From Tricharina praecox (lineage: Eukaryota): a stretch of 64,000 nt of DNA. Each line of letters begins with the position of its first letter. Within the stretch, counting starts at the first letter, position 1. Position numbers and translations under genes: made by a program. This document shows positions 48,312 to 61,552 of the stretch, one piece after another. Under the pieces are notes generated by a model. The model was not told where the DNA came from, did no database searches, and worked only from the letters and a program-made list of their open reading frames with translations. Where the stretch lies: positions 372,001-436,000 of the forward strand of contig NW_026250426.1 of NCBI RefSeq assembly GCF_024521635.1, in the 5' to 3' direction.

Positions 48312-50884
48312 ATGTCGTCACTTGATATCTCCCCTGAAATAGGGCGCGCCTACCAGAAGCTCGTTTCCGGCTCTGCTCCCAACAAGCCCTCGCCAACCTA
48401 CGCTCAGTGGGCCGTCTTCTCGGTATCGGTGCCGCTACAGAATGCTTTTGTTCAGAGCTCGGCAAAAGCTAGCACTCTCAAGGTGCACGCTGCCGGAGGT
48501 GCGTAAAGGCTCTAAGCTCCCGACCCGCCCATCGCACCTCATCTGTGGGGGGGGAAGACACAACACCTTTGCTGATCTATCATCACGTTGCAGATGGCGA
48601 GTTGGAAGAGTTAATAGAGGAGTTCAACGATGGAAAGGTACAATTCGCTTTCGTCAAAGTCAAGGATCCGAACTCGGGACTTCCCAAGTTCGTCCTGATC
48701 TGCTGGGTATGATATCTCCTCCGTGCTACACTACGCACTGTCAACGGTTCAACTGACAACCAGCTTCCAATTTCCAGTGTGGTGATGGTGTTCCCGAGCG
48801 AGTCAAGGGCTACTTCACAGGCCATCTGAATGCAGTGACAAAAGTGCTACACGTAAGCCAACGCCGCTCAGCCCCACACCCCCGCTCAAACCACCACGCT
48901 GACGGATTTTCGTTGCCAGGGCTACCACGTTCAAGTGACCGCCAGGTCAGACTCTGACCTTTCTCCCGAAGCGATTATCCAGAAAGTTGCCGATGCATCC
49001 GGCTCCAAATATTCATCATCGTCTTCATCCAATGCGCCTCCCCCAACCGCGCCGAAACCACCGGTCGCTACCAAGCCTGTCTTCCAGCCCACGCGCGTCT
49101 TGGGTGGAATGCTGCCTGTTGGCTCTAGAGCTCCGGCTCGCCGTGATGAGAAAGTGGATGCCGATGGATGGGGAGCAGACGCACCGCAGGTCACTCGAAG
49201 CCAGCTCGAGAAGGTGCAGTCCGCCTATAAGCCTACGAAGGTTGACATCAATGAGCTCCGTTCTCAGCCGACGTCTACCACTTCTGGGTACTCGAAATCT
49301 TCAGATGAACAAGGGGAGGTTGTCAAGGGTGGATACCAACCAATTGGAAAGATCGACATTGCAGCTTTGAAGAAGGGCTACAAGGAGGAGCGGCCGGAGC
49401 CGGTCAAAGGATCTTACACGCCTATCGATGTGAGTTCCATCAGGAAAGCAGCACCCGCACGTCCGGAGCCCGAACCCACACCAGCAGCATCAGTATCTCA
49501 GCGGGCCGGTGCTTTCTCCCAGAGCGAGCGTCTAACCTCCCTGCCAAAGCCGAAGGTGGCCAAAAAGTTCGGACCTGGCGCACCAAGCTACGGAACCAAG
49601 CCACTCACTCCCGGTGGTTTTGGTGCTAGCCCAGCTGCACCTGCGCCGGTTGCTGGTATCAACAAATCTGGTATCACCAAATCTCCCGCCCAGATCTGGG
49701 CCGAAAAGAAGGCCAGAGAGCGTGGACTTTCCGGTGCAAGCACTCCTCCAACTCTCTCGCCGGCAACAACTGGACAGCAGCACATCACTCCCTCCTACAC
49801 CGGTGCCAGTGCATCCAGCCAACACCACGAAGAAGAGGTTACCAGCTCCAGCACCGGTATAAATGCTTTGAGGAACCGCTTCTCTGGTGCGGCTCCGATG
49901 GGAGCACCAACTCCCAGCTCTCCCCAGCGGCCAGCAAGCTTCTCTCCCACCACCACTGGCGACCGTGGGGCTCCACCCCCACCCCCAGTAGACACATCCT
50001 CCCGTCCCTCTTTCGGCGTCCCAATGCCAGGTCTTCCATCTCGCTCCACCGAGGAGGAAGAAGATGAGGAAGTCCCCGCCGTCCAGCACTCCAACATCCC
50101 GCCACCTCCTCGGCAGCCGCGCTCTCCCACTCCCCCAACCCCTGAGATCGAGATGCCCCACAGCCCCGTCCGCATTGCCATGCCAGTGGCCCGTAGGGAC
50201 GACGACGCTCTCATCACCAAACCCGAGGAGCCCTCTACCGCTATTCCCGTCGCCAGTCTCAGCAGCATAGTCCCTAGGGAATCTGAGCTTACCGACGAGG
50301 CTCCCGCGCGCCCTAGCGGTGGCGCAACCGGTGGCCAGCGTGCTGTGGTCCTTTACGATTATGCTGCCGACGAGGAGAATGAGATCAACCTGATCGAAGG
50401 CCAAGTAGTAACCGACATCGACATGGTCGACGACGTATGTCCCCCCAAACCTCCTCCCGGAACACGCATACGTGCACACACATTCATTCCCACTAACACT
50501 AATATCAGGACTGGTGGCGCGGCACCAACGCCCTTGGACAGGAAGGGCTCTTCCCCAGCAACTACGTGGAGCTTATGCCCGCCGGAGCCGCCGAAGCCGC
50601 AGTCGAGCGTGCTCCCTCTCCCCCGCCCTCTCCTCCGGCGCCTGCCGTGACCGAGGGAAAAACTGCACTGGCAATTTACGACTACGAGGCCACCGAGGAT
50701 AACGAGCTTTCCTTCCCGGATGGCGCGACCATCGAAGATGTGCAGTTCCCTGACGACGACTGGTGGCACGGCCATTACAAGGGCAAGGAGGGACTATTCG
50801 TAGGTTTTCTCTTTCTTGATGGTGGCGGAAGGCGGCTAACATGTATGGACACAGCCGGCGAATTACGTTGAGTTGCAGAATTAG
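48312..50884 (+). CDS. ABP1: Actin-binding protein Abp1/drebrin-like (ADF-H domain + two SH3 domains); 6 exons
   Basis: ADF-H ([44 protein letters not shown]), Pro-rich centre, SH3 [11 protein letters not shown]...WW.G...GLFPSNYV and [13 protein letters not shown]...WW.G...GLF|PANYV. Confidence 0.93.
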
Positions 50885-51333
50885 GTATGGTGCCCTTGAT
50901 GATGAAGTGAGAAGAACGGAGGAACGGGTTATGATAGGAAAATGGTGGAGACTTGTGAATGGTTGTTTTGTTTCATTCGTGATGCCTATTTGCTTGATGA
51001 TGCACTAGATGAGTGTAATGAGAGGGGCCTGTAAGGTAACAAGATCATTACTTCACTCTGTCTTTGCTCCTCAGTTTGTATGAATGAATCCATGGTATGT
51101 TTGAAGTACAAGTTCATGTGAGAAAAAGGAATGCACGAGCAAGCAGATATTGATCTCCATCTGGTAGAGTAACATGAAGTACCTGGAGTAACGACAGGAC
51201 CCTGAATGTGTAACGCAAAGCAAAGCAAAACGCATAGAACAGAAACACTAATCATCCCATTCACACAACACATCAATCATCTCTATCATAACGCGTGGAT
51301 CCCATACAAACCATGGCATCCGACTCGTTTCGT

Positions 51334-52653
51334 TTACTCAGCGTCCTCCTCGTCCTCGTCCTCATCATCGTCCTCCTCCTCTTCCGATTCGTCATCAGCC
51401 TCCTGGAGCCACTTCAGGAACGGCTCGGCGGCCCTGCGGACCTCCTTCGATACCTTGATTTCAACGTATTTCTTGCTTGCCTTGGTTCCCCAGGCTGTAA
51501 TAGTCTCCTCACTGGCGAGCTCGTATTCGAAGTACGCCATAAGGATGCTAGGGATAGCATTGATGAGCTCGGGGTGCTCGGTACCGACGAAGCGCTCGGT
51601 TCCACCGAGGAGGGCTTTCTCGTGACGGTCAGAAGTGATCATCTTCTTGAGGAGACCGCTGTGCTCCTTGATCTGGCTCTTCTTGATGATATTACCGTCG
51701 AAGAGGGTCTGAGCGAGGACCTGGAGGGTGCGGTGCTTCTTTTCGATGCCGAGTTCAACAGCCTTCTGATAGACCTTGACGTCGTTGATCGTGCCGTCGT
51801 TCTCCTTCTTCTCAGAGACAATCCACTTTCCGAGAACGTCGTAGGGGGTGTCCTCGCCCTCATCCTCGCCCTCAATAACGAGGGCCTTCTTGAGGTCGTC
51901 GGGGAGATTCTGAGCACGCGCCTTGATGGCCTCCTCGGACATGTCAACCGCCCAGTCGTCATCCTTGAGGATACCGTTGCCGCCGTTATGCGTAGGAAGT
52001 TCCTTCGCCTCAGCCCTGATGCGCTTGGTGAGTTCGTCGTCGGAACCACCGTCGATGCCCATGTCCTCCGGATCCTCGGAGCCAGAGTCCTTAGGGGAGC
52101 CTTCACCCTTCTTGCCCTTCTTTCCTTTGCTGGAAGACTTGCTCTTCTTCTCCCTCTTGGGCGGGTTCTTGACAATGTAGCCGGACAGTTTGTGGCGGAG
52201 ATCAACATCGGTACGCTGACCACATGCCTTGCAGTCGCGGGTGATATGGCCGTCCTTGCTGACGATCAAGTCGGTCTCGGGGTTCTTGCACTTGCCGCAA
52301 AGAACGAACTTGTTTATGAAGCCGTCAAGGGAGTCCTGAAGCTTGGGGGCGTCGTGGTTTCCGTTGATGATGTAACGGTCGTCCGAAGGGTTGGCGGTGA
52401 CCTGAGCGCCCAGCTCGAAACCGAAAAACTTGACAACATCTGGGAAAGGTGTTAGTCACACGCAAACTTTGCACTGAAAGCGGAGTGAATACGTACAAGC
52501 CGGGTCACGACTGAGAGAATGAGCGATGCTGCTCAAGTTCACGATGACGGACTTGATTCCGTTACCCTTTCCCTCAATCTTGGACTGGATGCGCTCCATC
52601 TTGTAGCGGTAGAAGGGGTCGGCGACATCACGACGAATGTTGATAGTAGCCAT
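51334..52653 (-). CDS. TIF5: Eukaryotic translation initiation factor 5; 2 exons
   Basis: MATINIRRDVADPFYRYKM...IEGKGNGIKSVIVN, zinc finger CKACG, W2 domain ending AEPFLKWLQEA plus an acidic tail. Confidence 0.97.
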
Positions 52654-52693
52654 GATTGCTGCGGTTTTGTGAAAAAGGTGCTAGGGCTTATGT

Positions 52694-52756
52694 TCAACGG
52701 AGAAGCTGGTGATCAAAGACGAAGTTGAAGTTGCAGGATGCAGGAATAAGCAGCAT
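52694..52756 (-). promoter_or_regulatory. uORF2 (20 aa) in the eIF5 leader, poor AUG context
   Basis: GTTC-ATG-C start; MLLIPASCNFNFVFDHQLLR*; stops 40 nt before the main ATG. Confidence 0.7.
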
Positions 52757-52921
52757 GAACCAAATCAGCTTCCTTATTATTCGTGTTTCCGTGGTTTAGA
52801 CCGTCGGCGAGAGAAGAAAAAAGGTTTCTTTGAAAGCGACGTGGTGGCGAACGAAGCAGGAAAGAAAGAACTGGCGAGAGAACAGTTAAAAGTGTGAGGT
52901 GTTTGGTCGAAACGAAATGTT

Positions 52922-53029
52922 TTAGGTGAACTCGGAGCGTCTGCTACTGTGCCGTTTACTCTGGTGTATGAGAGGCCGTATGAGGCGAGAAAGAATCTTT
53001 GGTGAGAGTGCGGTTGGGGAAAGATTCAT
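52922..53029 (-). promoter_or_regulatory. uORF1 (35 aa) in the eIF5 leader, poor AUG context
   Basis: GTTC-ATG-A start; MNLSPTALSPKILSRLIRPLIHQSKRHSSRRSEFT*. Confidence 0.65.
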
Positions 53030-54061
53030 GAACAACTATGGTGCGTTGCGGTGGGGTTTTGGTGGGGTCTGGTGGTCGAGAAAGACGAGGTCTGTCTGTT
53101 CTTTCCGACGAGCTTGACTTCTGGAGAGCTATATGCGAGCTTGAAAATAGGTGAGGTGCGGTTGAGCTTCAAAGAGTCGAGTACGGTGGAGGGGTTATTG
53201 GAGCAGTGGTGGTGGTTGTGAGAGAAGAGGAGATGAAGAAAGTTTGGGATGGGGTTTTTGAAGGACCGGCGGAAGGCGGTGGGTGGGTGACACCTTTAAG
53301 AATGAAAAGGCGCTAGGAGCACACTCCACATCGAGCTAACCATAATTTTCAAGTGTGCGGAGAAGAAAGAGACACAGAGAGAAGGGTCAGGTTTCAGTTA
53401 CAAATTGTGTTTTCTTTGCATGGAAAATCTCTAATTCACGCTCCGGGGTTTGGCTCGGATTTCGGATTTGTATGGATACACCGTTTTTATTTCCTTTTTT
53501 TACCTTTTTTTTTCTTTTTTCACCTCCCCCACCCCGCCGATCCGTATGCACAACCTGTGGAGTATGTTCGGGACAACGCAGAAGAACTGAAGATCAGCCC
53601 ACGCGTCAAAGGAAACGGGAAACGGGCAACCAGAGAAACCTGAGGTACATAGAGATAGTCGGATCTAGAGCGCCTACGGGAGGGCTACGAGGGTGCTGTG
53701 TCTAAGCAGCAATTCGAGCCGATGCCACTGCTTTTCTAGCAGATAGAAGTTGTAGCCTATTATACAGCCTTCATCCAAGGACGGGGAGAAAATCTATGGC
53801 CACTTAGGATAGATGGTTACGGGCAGAACGCGCCCAGCACGAAGGAACGGAGTGGCAGAGTACATCGACAAATGAAAAACACCACTATCCAGCCTGTGCC
53901 ACCTCCTTCCCCTAGTAACGAATGTACTTCTTTTCGCCGAGATGTTCGATGATCATGTATACATCCCCGTGAGAGCGAGTGGCACGTGAACTGTTCACTC
54001 TCGGTCAAGATGCTTATAGATACTGTACATTTGCTGCTCTATTTCACAATCCTCCCAGACC

Positions 54062-55058
54062 CTATGCCGCCAGTTGTGCCGGCATCGGCGTCGGCACCGC
54101 TTCCGTCAAGACTTCCATCCCAGCCGCCACCGGCGGGGGCACGGCTTTGATGACCACGTTCTTGAACTCTCCGCTCAGACTGAACCCGGCCGAATTGGAT
54201 GAGCTGAGTACGACCTCGTTTATGCTCTTGTCCGCGCGAAAGCTAATGGCACCAAACTCCTTCTTCAACTGCTCGATGAACGCCCTGATGTTCTTATGCA
54301 GCTCCGCCTCCGTAAACGCAAGCTGTCCGACCGCCATCCTGATGACACCCATGCGCTCACGGTAATCCGACTTCCCTGTGAGCTCCCTCATAGCCGAAGC
54401 GACGTTAGGGACCACGGTTCCAGTCTTCTGTGAGGGCATCATTCCTTTGGGACCGAGAATACGACCGAGCCTTGCCTTGGTCAGCGCCGCAAAGCAGTCA
54501 TCGTGACAGATGACACGGTCGAAATCGATCTCGCCCTTTTGGATCTGTAGTTGTGTGTGTCAGTATAGAACTCAACAGTGCATCGCAGCATGTGCCCCGC
54601 CCCCGCCATACCTTCTCAAACACCTCGTCCGTCCCCACAAGTACTGCGCCTGCCGCCTTTGCCGCCTCCGCTTGCCTTCCCGTCGCAATAACACAGATCC
54701 GCATATCCGTTTTGACAGGCTTCGGCAGACGAATCCGACTCTTGATGGTGGGGCCGCTCTTTGCCGTGCGCAGCTTGACATGAAGTTCGTACTTGGTAGC
54801 GGCGGGGTTCCGGCCCACTTCAAACGCGCGAATGTATCTCATGGCATCGACGAGCGAGAACTGCTCAAGGGATGAGATGTCGCTGGGCTTGAAGGTCGTG
54901 CGGGTTGCTTTCGACTTTTTGGTGCCGGCGGGCTTCTTCTGCAGGGCGGCATAGGATCGGGTCTGGAGGCAGGCGAACGGCGATGGTTTAACTGCTGAAA
55001 AGAGATACGATGATGGCGATGACAGAGCCGAGAGTTGGAGTCGTGGACGTGGCGGCAT
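54062..55058 (-). CDS. MRPL1: Mitochondrial ribosomal protein uL1m; 2 exons
   Basis: Targeting peptide, QFSLVDAMRYIRAFEVG, RIRLPKPV...RICVI, LGRILGPKGMMPS.K.GTV, VVLSSSNSAGF. Confidence 0.93.
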
Positions 55059-55258
55059 GGTGGGCAATTGGCGGGCAGCTTGCCTCCTTGCTCTTCGCTG
55101 TTGAAACAGTTGATGGAGTGGAGAAAATATTTAGTGACTAAGCCGCAGTGCGCGGCTTGATTCGGCCAAGCGTGGCCCCACAGGCCATGACCAGCTTGCT
55201 GTGTCACTCAAAACCCTGAACCTCGTCGAGTCTCGAAATTCGGCACCCAGACGCGCGT

Positions 55259-57083
55259 ATGATTTGGTCTCCGCGTCCCCTGTTATACTGTCTGCTCCAG
55301 CGCATGGGCATATTTCTCTTCACGATCTCCGCTATGATTTGCCTTTTCGTGACTGTCATGCTCCTCTTCAGCCCATCGCAGTCATTAGCCGTTCCCGGCG
55401 ATGGTTTGAATCTTCAACAGCTCCTACCCTCGTACCTACAGACGCAGCATCAGGCCTGGTGGGGTGAGCCGGACTATCAAGCGAGCAGCTCGCAGGCCGA
55501 TTGCAAGAAGGATGGGTGGAATGTCCTCTATCACCTCGGTGGTAACGGGCCATGGATAGAGAAGACCGACGACGTGGCAGAAGGCGGGATTAAAGTCCCG
55601 GAGGGTTGTGAAGTGGACATGGTGCACATGGTAGTTGCCCACCACGATCATCAACTTTAATGAGTCCGAAACTAAGCTCCCAATCGTTTGTGTAGATGTC
55701 GCGCCATGCCGAAAGATATCCGACCAAAAACGCAGGCATCCGTATAGATTCCCTTCCCCAAACAATGCCCCATAACTAGCAGTTGACACAAGCGCCGGGT
55801 GGCCGCAGGTATGATTCAAATGCTTGAGCGCATCAAAGCCATAGGAAAGCCTTTTACCGGTGCTCTCGAATTCGTCAACTCTTGGGAATACTTTACAAAC
55901 TGTCATCCCATCTCCTCCATCTTGTCCTTACATCGGTCTGACTCCCGTAGCTCCGGACCAGCACTTTGAGCAGCTGACCACCACCGGTCCGTATGCGGGG
56001 GTCCTCGAAGCCTTCACAACAGGTGTAAAGCTCGGGACGCGCTACGCCCACCTCTGGAACTCCAGTTTCCCGAATGTGACGCATCTCTGGGCCAGTGAAG
56101 CCGGTCGGGTGATCGATACTGCGCGCCACTTCTCAGCAGGCTTCTTCGGGCTCGAGAGCAAACTTGCAAAAGTGATCGTTGTCAGTGAGGCGAAGGATAA
56201 AGGAGGCGATACGTTGACGCCTGGGTACGGCCCCTACCCGCACTGCCACTACAGAACTTGACGATAGTAGTGATACTTGCAAGAAGTATGTGGAGGACGC
56301 GGAGAAGGGCCATGATAATGGGTACACCATGCTCGCGAAATACCAAAGCACATACCTCCCTGCCATTTCGACCCGCCTCTCGATCGACAACCCTGGCTAC
56401 AGCTTTACCAGTCCGCTCCCCCCTCTCGCCCTTCATTCTCACCCACTGACGCTCCTCCAGACGCAGAGATCTACAGCATGCAAGAAATGTGCGGCTTCGA
56501 GACCACTGTCCGTGGTTGGAGCCCTTGGTGCGATGTCTTCACGCACTCCGAATGGCGCGCCTTCGAGTACGCGCGCGACATAATCCACTTCTACCGGGCG
56601 GGTCCTGGAACTCCCTATTCCCGTGCAATGGGCCACCTCTGGCTCAATGCGACCAAAAACCTTCTCATCGAGGGCTCACAGTCCGCCGGGCCACTCTACT
56701 TCAGCTTCGTGCACGACGGAGATATCGTCCCTATGCTCGCCTCCCTCGGCCTTCTCGAAGATGAGCAGGATCTACCAACCACTCACATCGCGAAATACAG
56801 GAAGTGGAAGACGAGCCAGGTTACGCCTATGGGCGGACGTGTTCTCTTCGAGCGCCTCACCTGTGCGGATAGGAAGTTTGTACGCATCAACGTTAACGAC
56901 GGTATCGTACCGCTTCCTTCCTGTGCGGATGGACCTGGCGGCTCCTGTGAGCTGGAAAATTTTGTGGAGTATATCGATGCGAGGGGTCGTTTGGCGGGGG
57001 ATTTCAGGTCCGTCTGTGGGCTTCCTGACGATGCGGCGAGGGAACCCAGTTTTCTGCGGCAGCCGGCGTTTGCGAAGACGTAA
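55259..57083 (+). CDS. Histidine acid phosphatase / 3-phytase-like, N-terminal signal anchor; 6 exons
   Basis: HLGGNGPW, catalytic MSRHAERYPT (RHxxRxP) in a short exon, HD motif FVHDGD, TPMGGRVLFERL, VRINVNDG...C..GPGGSC. Confidence 0.93.
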
Positions 57084-58003
57084 GGCACGATCTAGGAGCG
57101 TGGTTACTATTGTTATTCATTGCCGATATACCATATAGTTGATGATTGTTTTTGTGCGAATATACAGCTAAGTATTTATGTGCTCCTCCAACCGAGAGGA
57201 GGATATCTTCACTGAAAGCCGGACTCCGGTCATCTCGAAACGTGACCCACCCTCAGCCAGCAAAGGGCAGCAGAAAAGGATGTGCTGTAACACGAAACCA
57301 CTATTCAAAGGGACCCCAGTAAACGGCTGGAACATAACGTAACCGATTAAGTGAGGGAGAGAGATCTTCCTTGACCGATTAAGTGAAAATCGGCACTCTG
57401 TCCTCATTATAATATATCCGAGTGATTGCGTACGATATCACTTCACAAAGGACTCAATACGCATGCTCAACATTGAATGCATAGAGACACTCCAAAGGAG
57501 CGCACGAGCATTCTTGTGAATTGTGTTTTGAGCCTGGTGTCCTAGAATGATGCCATCGCTTGCTCTTATGCATTCTCCTTCTGTTCCTCTCCTTCGTTGT
57601 CGTCTTGTTCTTGACAACAAGACCCCGTCCTTGGCTTGGCAGTCTCATCTCTCACACACTTCTCGCTCTCTTTCTCTCCCCCCCATCCCCAGCTCTTCCT
57701 AGACATCAACCTCAGAGAATTGCCCTAACGACCCATCAACAACAATAACAACAACAACTCCTCACCTCCTCCTACTCACACTCCGCCTTCTCTCCCTTAT
57801 TCCCTCCCTTCCCTCACCCTCAACACCCCTTCTCCTCCTTCCCTCCACGACTCAACCTTCTTACCTCTATCCACCGCAACCAACAACTTGAACTGCCAGC
57901 GCGTCTCGCTTAGCGAACTCGACGAAAACTCATCGGACTCACATCCATCTCCCCTTCCCCCCCACTATCAAAGAACAGCGACTCAAATACTCGAATAATC
58001 AAC

Positions 58004-60078
58004 ATGTCTGGAGAAGAGGATCTCATCGATTACTCCGACGACGAGGCCATCGAGTCGAAGGAGGCTCCCGCCACCAGCGGTGATGCGTTGAAGAAGGGAG
58101 GCGACGCGTCTGCTGGAGCTACGCAAGCCGCCGACAAGAAAGGATCCTACGTCGGTATTCACTCGACCGGTTTCCGCGACTTCCTCTTGAAGCCCGAACT
58201 ACTCAGAGCTATTGTCGACTGCGGTTTCGAGCATCCGTCCGAGGGTCAGTTATTTTTCCTCCCTAGATCTTGAAAGATTCAAAATCAAAATACCCTCCTT
58301 TGTCATCACACTTCTACCCCCAGATTTGCGCTTCCGGTCATCGTCATCTGGGTTGCTCGTCTTCTCGTCTATCTATCCGTCTCCGTGGTCGGTCTCTCTA
58401 TCTTCGGTCGCGGGTTGGTGGGCTGCAATACTTGCCACAGGGTTATGTGGTTCGAGGAATGACGCGGTTATTGTGCCGTCATGGTCGTAACTTGCGTCCC
58501 CCGCCACGTGGAGGATATGCGGTGTCGGGTTTCATTGCGAATCAACCTTCACCCTTGGTCCAATGGAAAATCGACGATGGTAGCGGCACAAGTCCCTCTC
58601 TACCCCGGTGCGCTTTGGATGCCATTGCATCAGCTCTCGGGGGCAATGGAGTTTGGGACACGTCTACCGCGGTCCAAGGGAGGATGGTCAGGCATTGAGC
58701 GGGTTGTTCGAAAGGGCGACGTAGAAGGAGATACCACGGAGAAGACACATCACGGAGACGGAACACAGAGAGATTGACGCGACCTGCATTCGATATCTTG
58801 CATGGGCATGCGCTTTTTGCTTTTTACTCTTTTACTCCAAGCCATCGTCGATTCGGGAGCGTCCGTTAACATCTCTTCGGTTCAGTCCAGCAAGTGTGCA
58901 TTCCTCAGTCGATCCTTGGAACCGATGTCCTGTGCCAGGCAAAGTCTGGTCTCGGTAAGACTGCCGTCTTCGTTCTTACGACGCTTCAGCAAGTCGATCC
59001 TGTTCCCGGAGAGACGTCCGTTCTGGTCATGTGTCACACGCGAGAGCTGGCATACCAGATCAAGAACGAGTACGCGCGGTTCAGTAAGTACATGCCGGAC
59101 GTGAGGACTTCGGTCTTTTACGGAGGTACGCCGATGCAGAAGGATGTCGAGATCCTTAAGAATAAAGACCAACACCCTCACATCATCGTTGCGACTCCCG
59201 GACGTCTTAATGCGCTCGTACGGGATAAGCATCTGCGATTGGGAAGCGTCAAAGTCTTTGTTCTCGATGAGTGTGATAAGATGTTGGATCAGATCGGTAT
59301 GTCTTTTGCTCTGGTGTCCGATATGAGCCTGTGACTAAGTGTTGTTTGCACAGACATGCGCCGTGATGTGCAGGAGATCTTCCGCGCCACCCCCCAGCAG
59401 AAGCAGGTTATGATGTTTTCGGCCACCCTTTCCCAGGAGATCCGACCCATCTGCAAGAAGTTCATGCAGACTCCTCTCGAAATCTACGTCGACGATGAGG
59501 CCAAGCTCACACTGCACGGTCTTCAGCAATACTACGTCAAGCTTGATGAGAAAGAGAAGAACCGCAAGCTCAACGATTTGCTTGACCAGCTGGAGTTCAA
59601 CCAGGTCATCATCTTCGTCAAGAGCACTATGCGCGCGACAGAGCTGAACAGACTGTTGACGGAGTGCAACTTTCCCAGCATCGCTGTCCATAGTGGGATT
59701 CCTCAGGAGGAACGGTACATCTAGCCACTAAGACTTACACCCATCCATCATCATGCTAACATTCGCCACAGTATCGCACGGTACAAGCAGTTCAAAGAGT
59801 TCAACAAGCGTATCTGTGTCGCCACCGATGTCTTTGGACGTGGTATCGATATTGAGCGCATCAACCTTGCTATCAACTACGATCTACCCTCCGATCCAGA
59901 TTCGTACCTCCACAGAGTCGGACGTGCCGGTCGTTTCGGAACCAAGGGACTTAGTATCTCGTTCGTCTCTTCCAAGGAGGACGCCGAGGTCCTTGACAAG
60001 ATCATGGAACGATTCGAAGTGAGCCTGGACCCCTTCCCAGAGGGTGGTATCGACGCCAGCACGTACATGAACACGTAG
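58004..60078 (+). CDS. SUB2: DECD-box RNA helicase Sub2/UAP56; 4 exons
   Basis: [52 protein letters not shown]. Confidence 0.98.
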
Positions 60079-60699
60079 ATGTCTTTTTTTCCTTTCTCAA
60101 TATAATGTATGAAGTTGGGAAGCGGGGAATTTGCATTGCAGGAAACGAAAAGACGTTTGGTTGGAAATTTGGGTATCAGGTGTGATAGACACGAAGAGAG
60201 AGAAGAGTGATTGGGAGAGAATAGCTCTATGCTTTTTCTTCTAAATGATACAAGTCTCTTTTCTTGCTGATGGTCTTGAGTGTGTTCTTACTGATTGGTC
60301 TTGGGATGATGGGTTCAAACTATGTGCGGTCTTCTTTTCATTAATATCCTATCTTATTTGGGTGTTGCGTTTGTCTGCATTGATTACCTTGTTTTGCGTA
60401 CGATTGATGCTTGATACTACCAATGAATTGAGTGTATACGATCTTTGATGATGTTCTGGTTGGTCCCATAAACTCGAAGACGCATACGTGAATTGAGGAC
60501 ACTGGAAGCATCTTAGCTCCGACCACGTGACCACGCCACGCATATGTTACCTCAAGCTCCAGATCTCTAAACGCAGTAAAAACCGACCACCATCACCACC
60601 ACTACCACCACCACCATCACGCGCACGATATACACACCTTAACCTATCCACGACCCGTCTCCCACCCACCATTCTCCCACCCACCCACCCACGTACAAA

Positions 60700-61552
60700 A
60701 TGCAAGCCTACCACAAAGCCGAAAAAGCGAAAGCGATCAAAAAGTCTAAGGCAGCGCAGCTCAAGGAGCGGACCGAAAAGCTCTCGCGGCGCAATCCGGA
60801 GCGTCTACAGCGACAAGTCGACGAGCTGCGCGAGGCGATCGAGGCCGGCCATGCCACTGCACACAATAAAAAGACCCTGACGGATCTGGAAAGGGATCTG
60901 GCTGCTGTGAGGAAGGCGCGCAAGGCGCTCGGGATAGAGGATAAGGAGCCTACGGCGACGAGGAAACGGGAGAGGGAGGAGGATGGGGAGGGGGGGAAAG
61001 GGGGTGGGGTGGGAGGGAAGGCGGGGGGGGATACAGTCAGTGGCGAGGGGGATTGGAGGGGGAGACGGAGGGAGATGAGGCTGGGACGCGGGGAGACAGG
61101 CAGGGCGGATGCGGGAGACGCGAGTGATTCTGGTATGTACCGCTCTCTTCCTTCCTTCCTTCCTTGCGGCTTGAGGAGTGCTGACAGCTGTAGATGACTC
61201 AACCGCCTCCTCCGTCGCCGACATCCCCATGCCGCCCGGCCCGCTGCCACCGCTACCAGGCGCCGCCCCAGCGATTACTACCTACGAGTCCGCGCCGATA
61301 CTGCGGGATCTACGGAAAGAGGCAGCGGCGTTCGTGCCTGTTGCTGTAAAGCGGAAGTTGGAGACTGAGAAGGCGCAGAGAGAGGGGGAGCAAGAGGAGA
61401 CGAAGGCGGAAGCAGAGATGGGGACAGGAGCCGAGGTCGAAATGGGGTTTACGACAAGGGTCAATGCTGCACCCGATGTGGATGTGGATGTTGATGCGGA
61501 GATCAGGAGGTTTGCGGCCGAGGTGGAGGAGGCGGAGGATGATGGCCGGTAA
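60700..61552 (+). CDS. WBP11-domain splicing-associated protein; 2 exons
   Basis: QAYHKAEKAKAIKK.K...RNPERLQRQVDEL N-terminus; IPMPPGP and TTYESAPILRDLRKEAAAFVP C-terminal motifs; intron at about 61133-61193. Confidence 0.8.

Noticed and set aside
51295..52455. 386-aa plus-strand ORF antisense to eIF5
   Set aside because: Shadow frame produced by strong codon bias of a highly expressed gene; Leu/Val-rich with no recognisable domain. The same applies to antisense ORFs over POP1, PRCC-like and ABP1.
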